Source: Clostridiaceae bacterium (GTDB lineage: Bacteria > Bacillota > Clostridia > Acetivibrionales > DTU013). From it: DNA of 64,000 nucleotides. Made by a program: the position numbers and the translations under genes. Positions within the stretch are counted from its first letter, which is position 1. The number at the start of each line of letters is the position of its first letter. The stretch spans positions 664-64,663 of the forward strand of contig JAAYPO010000050.1 in the NCBI GenBank assembly GCA_012519745.1. The letters run 5' to 3'. Of this stretch, positions 27,616 through 35,280 are shown in pieces. The notes under the pieces are model-generated. The model did not search any database. It worked only from the letters and a program-made list of their open reading frames with translations, and was not told where the DNA came from.

Positions 27616-29265
27616 ATGAAAAAGAGAGTAAAGGTATTATTGGCGACTCTGTTAACGGCAGCAATGGCACTGACCATGGCAGGGTGCGGAAGCATGCGGA
27701 AAGATGGATATTACGCAACGACCACAGATACTATGTATGCTCCTGCAAATTCCCCAAATTATTCAGTTTGCAGAACACCGTCTCCCGGCATGACTGTGGA
27801 TTCAGAAATGGATGCTCAGATGGATGAAGGAATGGATGGTGAGATGGCCCAGAAGGAGTTTAATACTGAGGAGTACAGCTCCATCGAAGAGAACCGGCCG
27901 ATGAAGGTCAGCATGTCGCCGCTTTCCACATTTTCCATCGATGTGGACACAGCTTCATACAGCAATATCAGGCGCTTCATTGAGAATGGGATCCGACCGC
28001 CTGCAGATGCAGTCAGGATCGAGGAGATGATCAACTATTTTACATATGATCTGCCTCAGCCTGACGGCGAAGTTCCGTTTTCTGTAACGACGGAGCTGGG
28101 AAAATGCCCGTGGAACGAGGACAACTATCTTGCAATGATCGCACTTCAGGGAAAAAGCGTCAAGAACGAAGACCTGCCGAAGTCAAACCTGGTATTCCTG
28201 TTCGATGTATCAGGGTCAATGGATTCACCCGACAAGCTGCCATTGCTTAAGTCATCCTTCCAGCTGCTTGTCGAACAGCTTGGTGAAAATGACAGAGTGT
28301 CCATCGTGGTTTACGCAGGCGCATCCGGTGTTGTACTTGACAGCGCGCGCGGCGATGAGAAAGAGGAGATACTCGAGGCACTTAACGGCCTGTATGCAGG
28401 AGGCTCCACAGCAGGGGGCGAAGGTATAAAGCTTGCATATAAGATAGCAAAGAAGAATTATATATCCGGCGGGAACAATCGTGTAATACTGGCAACGGAC
28501 GGCGATTTCAATGTGGGTGTCAGCAGTGAGGGCGAGCTTGTCAGGCTGATAGAGAAGAAGCGGAAGGAAGGCGTATTTCTCAGCGTGCTTGGTTTCGGTA
28601 CGGGAAACATCAAGGATAACAAGATGGAGGCGCTGGCTGACAAGGGCGACGGAAATTACGCATATATCGACAGCCTGTTGGAGGCAAAAAAGGTACTGGT
28701 AAATGAAATGGGCGGAACTCTTTTGACGATAGCAAAGGACGTGAAGATACAGGTGGAGTTCAATCCTGCAAAGGTAAAGGAATACAGGCTTGTCGGCTAT
28801 GACAACAGGATGCTGCGCAATGAGGATTTTGACGATGACACGAAGGATGCCGGTGAGATCGGTGCAGGTCACAGCGTTACAGCCTTCTATGAGATCGTAC
28901 CTTACAAAGCCGGTGAGGAGATAGAAAGCCCGCAGCTGAAGTATCAGTCGGCGGAAGTAAGGCAGGAGTGGGAGAACGAGTGGATGGAAGTAAGGCTGCG
29001 TTATAAGAAGCCCGACTCTGATATAAGCCAGAAGCTTGTGCAGACTGTCACAAGCAGTGAAATCAGGGAGAATCCCTCAGAGAACTTTGTGTTTGCATCT
29101 GCTGTAGCTGAGCTCGGGTTGCTGCTAAAGGATTCCCAGTACAAGGGCGCATCATCCTTTGACAATGTGATGAAGCGTGCCGAGAGCTCGATAGGAAGGG
29201 ATGCAGAGAACTACAGGAGCAACTTCCTCGAACTCGTTGGCAAGGCAAAGCGTGTTATGGATTAA
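27616..29265 (+). CDS. YfbK-like vWA lipoprotein (N-terminal vWA-associated domain, vWA domain, DUF3520-like C-terminus)
   Basis: Lipobox LTMAGC, STFSIDVDTASYSNIRRFI, MIDAS LVFLFDVSGSM...GGSTAGG...TDGDFN, C-terminus EVRLRYKKPDS. Confidence 0.85.
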   Translation: MKKRVKVLLATLLTAAMALTMAGCGSMRKDGYYATTTDTMYAPANSPNYSVCRTPSPGMTVDSEMDAQMDEGMDGEMAQKEFNTEEYSSIEENRPMKVSMSPLSTFSIDVDTASYSNIRRFIENGIRPPADAVRIEEMINYFTYDLPQPDGEVPFSVTTELGKCPWNEDNYLAMIALQGKSVKNEDLPKSNLVFLFDVSGSMDSPDKLPLLKSSFQLLVEQLGENDRVSIVVYAGASGVVLDSARGDEKEEILEALNGLYAGGSTAGGEGIKLAYKIAKKNYISGGNNRVILATDGDFNVGVSSEGELVRLIEKKRKEGVFLSVLGFGTGNIKDNKMEALADKGDGNYAYIDSLLEAKKVLVNEMGGTLLTIAKDVKIQVEFNPAKVKEYRLVGYDNRMLRNEDFDDDTKDAGEIGAGHSVTAFYEIVPYKAGEEIESPQLKYQSAEVRQEWENEWMEVRLRYKKPDSDISQKLVQTVTSSEIRENPSENFVFASAVAELGLLLKDSQYKGASSFDNVMKRAESSIGRDAENYRSNFLELVGKAKRVMD

Positions 29266-29294
29266 GGCATGCTTGATATATGTCTTGAATCTTT

Positions 29295-29525
29295 CCTTGC
29301 AAGGTTTGGATCTTCCATGTACACGTGATGGATTTTCCCTTACAAGGTTTGAAGCTTCCAGATACAAGTGATGGATAATCCTTTACCGGGTTTGAAGCTT
29401 CCCTTGCAAGATCTGGATCTTCCATGTACATGTGATGGATAATCCTTACAAGATTTGAAGCTTCTCATGCAAGATCTGGATCTTCCATGTACACGTGATG
29501 GATTTTCCCTTACAAGGTTTGAATA
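29295..29525. repeat. Degenerate ~43-bp tandem repeat (about 5 units) built from two palindrome-containing modules
   Basis: Units such as CCTTGCAAGGTTTGGATCTTC + CATGTACACGTGATGGATTTTC. They contain CCTTGCAAGG (a perfect 10-bp palindrome) and CACGTG. Confidence 0.85.
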
Positions 29526-29537
29526 GGATTATTTGAA

Positions 29538-29585
29538 ATCAGCCTGGCGTGCTGCTTTGAGCATATGTCAGGCTGATATTTTTTG
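29538..29585 (+). terminator. Rho-independent terminator (probably for the YfbK-like gene, downstream of the repeat array)
   Basis: ATCAGCCTG ... CAGGCTGAT stem (9 bp, 22-nt loop) followed by ATTTTTTG. Confidence 0.55.
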
Positions 29586-29685
29586 TGGGTGAGGCCAAAA
29601 GACCGCTTCTGATTAATCATCCTTAAGACTGTCCCTTTCTAATCATCCATACGGCGGCTTCCTGAACGACGGGAGGAGTTACTGT

Positions 29686-29824
29686 GTTCCAAATTTCAAG
29701 TAAAGGGTGTACAAAAATCAATGGAGCTCAACATAATGCCAGCACCAATGCCTTACGTTAACCGTTTTATTGTATAATTACAATATTCGCTCACAGAAAT
29801 AACACTTTACTTGAAATTTGGAAC
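29686..29824. repeat. Inverted-repeat element: 20-bp perfect arms (GTTCCAAATTTCAAGTAAAG) flanking a ~95-bp AT-rich core
   Basis: Left arm 29686-29710, right arm 29801-29824 (reverse complement). Core contains TTTTATTGTATAATTA. The TTCAAGTAA(A/G)GG arm motif and the TTTTATTGTAAT core motif recur at 54561-54700. Confidence 0.8.
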
Positions 29825-29924
29825 AACTTGCTTGGGAAATAGATTATTGCCCGAGCAGTAGAGGGAAAAATCAGTGAACAACCGATCATTTTATATATCT
29901 GCCAATCAAATGATCATTGTTTCC

Positions 29925-30297
29925 TCCGTGTCTGCAGCGCTCGGCGGTAGGGCCGCCTACATCCTGCAGTTTCACCGTGTCCGTCGGGAGATCCACCTGC
30001 GTCCACTGGTTTCCGTCGCATCCATCCTCCGCGTCCGTCGGGAGGGCCGCCTGCATCCGTCGCATCCATCCTCCGCGTCCGTCGAGAGGGCCGCCTGTGT
30101 CCTCCGGATTCCGCAGCGCTCGTCGGTAGGGCCGCTGTGTCCTCCGGGTTCCGCTGGTTTCGCCGCATCTGAGGTGAGGGTCGCCTGCATCCTGCGGTTT
30201 CACCGTGTCCGTCGGGAGATCCACCCGCGTCCACTGGTTTCACTGCATCCGTCGGGCGGGGTGCCTGGTTCCGCTGCGCTTGGTGGTTTCAGCCGGG
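29925..30297. repeat. GC-rich (~65-70%) island of interspersed imperfect repeats with no credible coding frame
   Basis: ATCCTGC(A)G(T)TTCACCGTGTCCGTCGGGAGATCCACC.GCGTCCACTGGTTTC occurs at ~29960-30012 and ~30188-30241. GCAGCGCTCG.CGGTAGGGCCGC occurs at ~29934 and ~30112. CCGCGTCCGTCG.GAGGGCCGCCTG is in tandem at ~30029-30095. Confidence 0.8.
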
Positions 30298-30368
30298 ACA
30301 ATATTGTGCTAAAATATAACGAGGCGAATGATGGGGCCAGCCCCACCTCTGCAGGCGGCGTGGTACCG

Positions 30369-30708
30369 ATTGCCTTTCAGATCCCGCTTGGCGAGAAACC
30401 TGCAGGAAGATGAAGTGGGCATATCTCCCGCTTTGGTGGTGGGTACTGCTTTGCCTTTCAGATGTTTTCTTTCGATTGCGCAGGGGAATGAAGTGGGCGT
30501 ATCTCCTGCTTGGCGAAAAAACCGCAAGGGAATGAAGTGGGCGTATCTCCTGCTTGGCGAGAGATCCACAGGGGGATGAAGTGGGCGTGTCTCCCGCTTG
30601 GCGAGAAACCTACAGGAAGATGAAGCAGGCGTATCTCCTGCTTGGCGAGAGATCCACAGGAAGATGAAGTGGGCGTATCTCCTGTTTGGTGAGAAAGCCG
30701 CAAGGGAA
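30369..30708. repeat. 44-bp tandem repeat array (about 7 units) ending ~28 nt before the LUD gene start
   Basis: Unit ATCTCCTGCTTGGCGAGAGATCCACAGGAAGATGAAGTGGGCGT. Five well-conserved units lie at 30501-30708, with more degenerate ones upstream. Confidence 0.9.
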
Positions 30709-30736
30709 TATTATATGGAATGGAGATGGATAGCAA

Positions 30737-31423
30737 ATGGATGAGAATCTGAAGTCGATCATTGAAAAAAGGATATCCAAAACGATGAAGAATCTGGAAA
30801 GAAACAATATGATGGTATGCTTTGTCGAGAAGAAGGCCGACGTCATCAACAAGGTGGCAGAATTGATAAAGGAAGGCGAGACGGTCTCTGTAGGAGGCTC
30901 CATGACCTTGTTTGAATGCGGAGTGATCGATCATCTTCGCTCCGGCAGGTACGATTTTCAGGATCGCTATGAGGAGGGCCTGACAAGGGCCGAGATCGAG
31001 GAAATATACAGGAAGGCATTTTTTGCAGATACCTATATCAGCAGCACGAATGCTGTAACAGAGAACGGAGAGCTTTATAATGTCGATGGCAACAGCAACA
31101 GGGTCGCAGCAATTTGCTACGGTCCTAAGTCTGTGATCATTATTGTCGGATACAACAAAATCATCGACGATATCGATTCGGCTGTCAGCAGAGTGAAAAG
31201 AACCGCAGCGCCTGCGAATTGTGTGAGGCTGTCATGTAAGACTTACTGCAGTGAAAAAGGCGAGTGCATGTCGCTCCAATCCTATGGCAATGACAAAGAC
31301 AGCGGGATGGCATCCGGCTGCAACAGTCCGGCCCGTATTTGCTGCAGCTATGTCGTGTCAGGTTACCAGCGGGTGAAAGACAGAATCAAGGTGATCATCG
31401 TCGGCGAGGAACTTGGATATTGA
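30737..31423 (+). CDS. LUD-domain (LutC/YkgG-like, DUF162) protein with a Cys-rich C-terminus
   Basis: SVGGSMTLFECGV, SSTNAVTENGELYNVDGNSNRVAA, GPKSVIIIVGYNKI. C-terminus has CVRLSCKTYC...C...C. Confidence 0.75.
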   Translation: MDENLKSIIEKRISKTMKNLERNNMMVCFVEKKADVINKVAELIKEGETVSVGGSMTLFECGVIDHLRSGRYDFQDRYEEGLTRAEIEEIYRKAFFADTYISSTNAVTENGELYNVDGNSNRVAAICYGPKSVIIIVGYNKIIDDIDSAVSRVKRTAAPANCVRLSCKTYCSEKGECMSLQSYGNDKDSGMASGCNSPARICCSYVVSGYQRVKDRIKVIIVGEELGY

Positions 31424-31533
31424 ACACAGCGAAATCAACAGCGAAAACAACAGCGAAAACAACAGCGAAATCAACAGCGAAATCAACAGCGGAATCAACA
31501 GCGGAATCAACAGCATGTTCAACAGCAAGGTCA
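31424..31533. repeat. 12-bp tandem repeat (CAACAGCGAAAT, about 9 copies) starting immediately after the LUD stop codon
   Basis: Read directly. Units drift from GAAAT to GGAAT to more degenerate forms. Confidence 0.9.
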
Positions 31534-31613
31534 ATTATTGATAAGTTGCAACGTTTTGGTTATTTGTTACGTCTAACATGTGTACGAACAATTAACCAAA
31601 GGAGTTGAGAAAG

Positions 31614-32588
31614 ATGAAAAAAAGAAATATCGCAGCGGGAATACTGTCCGCAGCAGTGCTTATAATGTCGGCCGCCGGTGCTTTTGCAGCATCAGATGAG
31701 GCGGTGCAGGCCGGTGCGGACAATGGATATATTGCTCCGATTAGCCTGGATCTTGTTGAACATAGGCAGCTGCACTATAGGCAATTCAGGGGCACTGTCA
31801 AGGAAATAACAGATTACAAGGCTATAGAAGGCGCCAAGTTCATATCGGTGGAAAGCAGCTCGGGAGAACCGGCCAACATTATAGCAGATGAAACTACATA
31901 TGTTTTCGGTAATGAGAAAATAGCAGCAGGCTCTGAGATAACCGCATATTATGATGCCAATGCATTCATGATCATGATCTATCCGCCGCAGTACAAGGCT
32001 GAGGTCATTGTAGTCGAGAATGACAGCAGGAATGTCAAGGTGGATCTGTTCGATGAGGAACTGGTCAGTGCTGACGGATCACTTAAGCTGATGAATATCT
32101 CAGAGGTGAAGGATATCGTCAATGAAGACGGGACAGCATATGAAGGTGACCTGAAGAATAAGGTGCTGGCGGCTGTATATACCATATCGACAAAAAGCAT
32201 TCCTGCTCAGACGACGCCCCAAAAAATAGTCGTGCTTGATAAAGCAGCCGATTCGGACCGGCAGTCAGAAGAAAAAACTGATGAAGCGGCTGTGAGTGTA
32301 TCGGGGAGAGATGTATTTGTTTATGGCGAAAAAATCAAGGCGCCCGCTGCCTTTGTCAGCAACAGTGGAGTGCAGATGATCCCGCTGCGTGCAGCAGCAG
32401 AGGCTATGGGATATGAAGTGACCTGGAACGGTGCTGAACGGAGTGTTTTACTCGGCAGTGATATCAAGTTTAAGGTCGGAGAGGACAGCTTTGCAATAAA
32501 CGGTACTGAAGTGAAGCTGGCGGAGGCCTCGCTGATTATAGACGGCAGGACCTTTGTACCGATGGGTTTCTTTGATACAGTGAAGTAA
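31614..32588 (+). CDS. Secreted protein with a C-terminal copper-amine-oxidase N-terminal-like (stalk) domain
   Basis: The ATG at 31614 follows AAAGGAG. Signal peptide ...SAAGAFAAS. C-terminus VQMIPLRAAAEAMGYEVTWNGAERSVLL...IDGRTFVPMGFF. Confidence 0.7.
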   Translation: MKKRNIAAGILSAAVLIMSAAGAFAASDEAVQAGADNGYIAPISLDLVEHRQLHYRQFRGTVKEITDYKAIEGAKFISVESSSGEPANIIADETTYVFGNEKIAAGSEITAYYDANAFMIMIYPPQYKAEVIVVENDSRNVKVDLFDEELVSADGSLKLMNISEVKDIVNEDGTAYEGDLKNKVLAAVYTISTKSIPAQTTPQKIVVLDKAADSDRQSEEKTDEAAVSVSGRDVFVYGEKIKAPAAFVSNSGVQMIPLRAAAEAMGYEVTWNGAERSVLLGSDIKFKVGEDSFAINGTEVKLAEASLIIDGRTFVPMGFFDTVK

Positions 32589-32633
32589 CAGGGCCGGTAA
32601 AACTATATATTAACTAATGATCACTCTTTATGT

Positions 32634-32668
32634 AACCCAGCATAATATGATATTATGCTGGGTTTTCT
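32634..32668 (+). terminator. Rho-independent terminator
   Basis: 14-bp stem AACCCAGCATAATA / TATTATGCTGGGTT with a TGA loop, followed by TTCT. Confidence 0.7.
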
Positions 32669-32691
32669 ATTATCTGATTTTCAAAAAATGA

Positions 32692-33630
32692 GTGGGGTCT
32701 ATGTTGTTCAGGGAGGAGTATATCCGACTGTCACTGGAGTTGAACCTGTTTTTTGGAAGGATAGCCAAAGAGCATTCAATATTTATTGAGACTTCCTTTA
32801 CCGGGAAGGATCAGAATCTGGCCCGTGAAGCCGACAGCCTGAAGGTCCAGTTCGAGACATTGCTGTCGGAAGCCATTTCACTGGCAAATGGAGCGGTCAG
32901 CCAGGAGACGCTGAACGCACAGGAATTTATCACGCCGCATACACTTGATGCCGAACGGGTGTCGCAACTTTATACATGGGTGCCGATTAACAGCAGCTTG
33001 ACGCAGGCAGAGGCAGGACTGGCCGGAAACGGCGGCATGGTATATTCACCGGCTCTTAAACAGAGGGTTTTCATGCTCAATCAGAAGGCTGTCATCCTTA
33101 CCACCGCATTGTTGAATTTTAAAACCAGGATATTGAACAATGTGCTTGCATGCAAGCTCTTCACAACGAATTATCCGCTGCTGCTGGATCATATCATAAG
33201 GGAAGCAAAATTCTACCTGAAGGCATTGAACAAGCTGCAGAACAGGGAGGACGCAGGCAATGCGAGAGATCTGCTTGAGCAGGAGGTTTTCTGGAACAGG
33301 ATAATGGCAGAGCATTCGTTTTTTATCAGGGGATTGCTGGATCCGACAGAGAATGAGCTGATAAGCACTGCCAATGATCTTGGAGAGGAATTTAATAAAC
33401 TGACAAGAAAGGCTATCGCTGCAACGGAGCAAACTGCTCTTTTGCCCGGGGTGACAGCTGAGACCTAAAAGGCTGCAAAGGATATAAAGGCCTTTAAGAA
33501 CGCCGGCACAGAAGGCCTGATCAACTGTAAGATCAAAGCGATCGCATACCCGCTGCTGGGAGACCATGTTTTAAGGGAGGCCAATCACTATCTGAGGATC
33601 CTGAGGCAAAGCTCATTCGTGCAGGCATAA
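32692..33630 (+). pseudogene. DUF2935-family gene interrupted by an in-frame TAA at 33466-33468
   Basis: First half-repeat runs EHSIFIE...YPLLLDHIIREAKFYLKAL. The second starts FWNRIMAEHSFFIRG, but its matching end AYPLLGDHVLREANHYLRIL lies in the same frame after the TAA (33469-33627, next stop 33628-33630). Likely start is ATG 32701. Confidence 0.7.
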
Positions 33631-33682
33631 TAAAAAGCATATGGAAATGCATGTATGCGCCGGGTGCAAGTTCAAAATACCA

Positions 33683-33711
33683 TTGACCTTTTTGGTTTGA
33701 TGTTGTACAAT
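33683..33711 (+). promoter_or_regulatory. Sigma-A promoter for trkAH
   Basis: TTGACC (33683-33688), 17-nt spacer, TACAAT (33706-33711), then a leader of about 185 nt. Confidence 0.6.
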
Positions 33712-33900
33712 TCAAAGAATAAGAACAGTTGTTAATTATATCCATATTATGTAAATTGGTGGTGGGGGACTTACAGGAGTACCTCGCCTTTTATTCGCAT
33801 GTGAAGCCGCTGCCTTTGAACATCAACAACTGAGCATCAACAACGTATTTTATACGGCAAAGGTATAAGAGGTATGAAAAGCCTGTAACAGGAGAAGAAA

Positions 33901-35280
33901 ATGAAGATCATTATTATTGGGGATGGAAAAGTCGGATATGCTCTTGCAGAGAATTTGTCAAAGGAAAACAATGATGTCACTATAATCGACAAGGATCCCG
34001 AGGCTTTGAAAAAGGCAAGTGAATACCTGGATGTTATGTGTATCAGAGGCAATGGTGTAAGTACGAAGATACTGATGGAGGCCGGAGTGGATGATGCTGA
34101 TCTGCTTATAGCGGCCACTACCAGCGATGAGATGAACATGGTCTGCTGTCTTACTGCAAAGAAGCTTGGAGCGGATCATACAATAGCAAGGATCAGGGAT
34201 CCGGAATACGCCAGCGAGCTTTCCGAGCTAAAGAGGGATCTTGGTCTTGATATGGTCATAAATCCTGAGCTTGCCTGCGCCAATGAAATAGGAAGGGTGT
34301 TGAGCTACCCCTCCGCTGTGAATGTGGAGCCTTTTGCAAAAGGCCGTGTGGAGCTGGTGGAAATGAAGGTCGTTGAAGGTATGTCCCTGATCGGTATGAA
34401 GCTGAAGGACATATCGGGTAAAATCACTTCATCCATATTGATTGGTGCTGTTCTCCGTGACGGCGAGGTGATCATTCCAAACGGAGATTTTCAAATCAAT
34501 GAAAACGATATGCTTTATGTTGTCGGCCGGCCATACAATGTGTACAGTTTCTGCAGCCGCGTCGGATTGAATAATGACAAGGTCAGGACTGTCATGATCA
34601 TAGGCGGCGGCAGGGTGGCCTTTTATCTGGCCCAGTACCTGAATGAAGCCGGAGTGAAGGCAAAAATCATAGAAATCGACAGGGAGAGGTGCTATGAGCT
34701 TTCAGAGCATCTTCCCGACACACTGATCATCCATGGGGACGGTTCTGATGAAGAGCTGCTCAACTCTGAGAACCTCAGTGATATGGATGCCGTTGTGACC
34801 CTGACAGGACGGGACGAGGAGAATCTGCTGACAGCACTATTTGCAAGGCAATGCGGTGTCCAGAAGGTCATAGCAAAAATAAACAGGATCAATTATGCCA
34901 CACTCATAAAAAGCATGGGTGTGGATAGTGTTGTCAGCCCAAAGCAGATAACGGCCAACGGGATAATACAGTTTGTCAGAGGCTTGAAGAATGCTATGGG
35001 CAATCCGGTGGAGACCCTTTACAAGATCATTGGCGGCAAGGCAGAGGCAATTGAGTTTATTGCCGGACAGACAACGAAATTCCTGAATATACCGCTGCAT
35101 TATCTCAAGCTGGTGGAGGGTGTCCTATTTGCCGCCATAGTGAGAAAAAACGAGATCATTATACCCCATGGCAAGGATATGGTGAAGCTTGGTGATAGTG
35201 TAATCCTCATTGTTAAGGACAAGCAATTCTCAGATTTTAACGACGTTATTGCACCTGGAGGATTGCCGGATGAACTATAG
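33901..35280 (+). CDS. trkA: Trk potassium uptake system, NAD-binding peripheral subunit TrkA (two RCK units)
   Basis: MKIIIIGDGKVGYALA and MIIGGGRVAFYLA Rossmann motifs, each followed by an RCK_C segment. 459 aa. Confidence 0.92.
   Translation: MKIIIIGDGKVGYALAENLSKENNDVTIIDKDPEALKKASEYLDVMCIRGNGVSTKILMEAGVDDADLLIAATTSDEMNMVCCLTAKKLGADHTIARIRDPEYASELSELKRDLGLDMVINPELACANEIGRVLSYPSAVNVEPFAKGRVELVEMKVVEGMSLIGMKLKDISGKITSSILIGAVLRDGEVIIPNGDFQINENDMLYVVGRPYNVYSFCSRVGLNNDKVRTVMIIGGGRVAFYLAQYLNEAGVKAKIIEIDRERCYELSEHLPDTLIIHGDGSDEELLNSENLSDMDAVVTLTGRDEENLLTALFARQCGVQKVIAKINRINYATLIKSMGVDSVVSPKQITANGIIQFVRGLKNAMGNPVETLYKIIGGKAEAIEFIAGQTTKFLNIPLHYLKLVEGVLFAAIVRKNEIIIPHGKDMVKLGDSVILIVKDKQFSDFNDVIAPGGLPDEL

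Noticed and set aside
30369-30708. Possible CRISPR array (regular ~44-bp periodicity)
   Set aside because: The whole 44-bp unit is conserved from copy to copy, so there are no unique spacers. The period is too short for a repeat plus spacer, and there are no cas genes in the window. It is a plain tandem repeat.
29874-30934. Multiple overlapping ORFs (29874-30413 +, 29886-30243 -, 30309-30579 +/-, 30458-30934 -) in the repeat-rich intergenic region
   Set aside because: Several frames on both strands are open simultaneously, which is a hallmark of GC-rich or repetitive DNA. There are no RBS contexts and the composition is R/P/G/S-rich nonsense. ORF 30458-30934 also runs antisense into the LUD gene.
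33466-33468. Programmed recoding (selenocysteine or pyrrolysine) at the DUF2935 in-frame stop
   Set aside because: The codon is TAA, not TGA or TAG, and no SECIS or PYLIS-like context is expected for this family. A nonsense mutation or a sequencing error is more parsimonious, although generic readthrough cannot be excluded.
33712-33900. c-di-AMP (ydaO-type) or other riboswitch in the ~185-nt trkA leader
   Set aside because: K+ uptake genes are often under ydaO control. However, I could not find the paired ACGGGGA / GGGUGAAUC-type conserved cores or the pseudo-twofold architecture, only an isolated GGGGGAC. It is left as a long leader of unknown function, and a cmscan would settle it.
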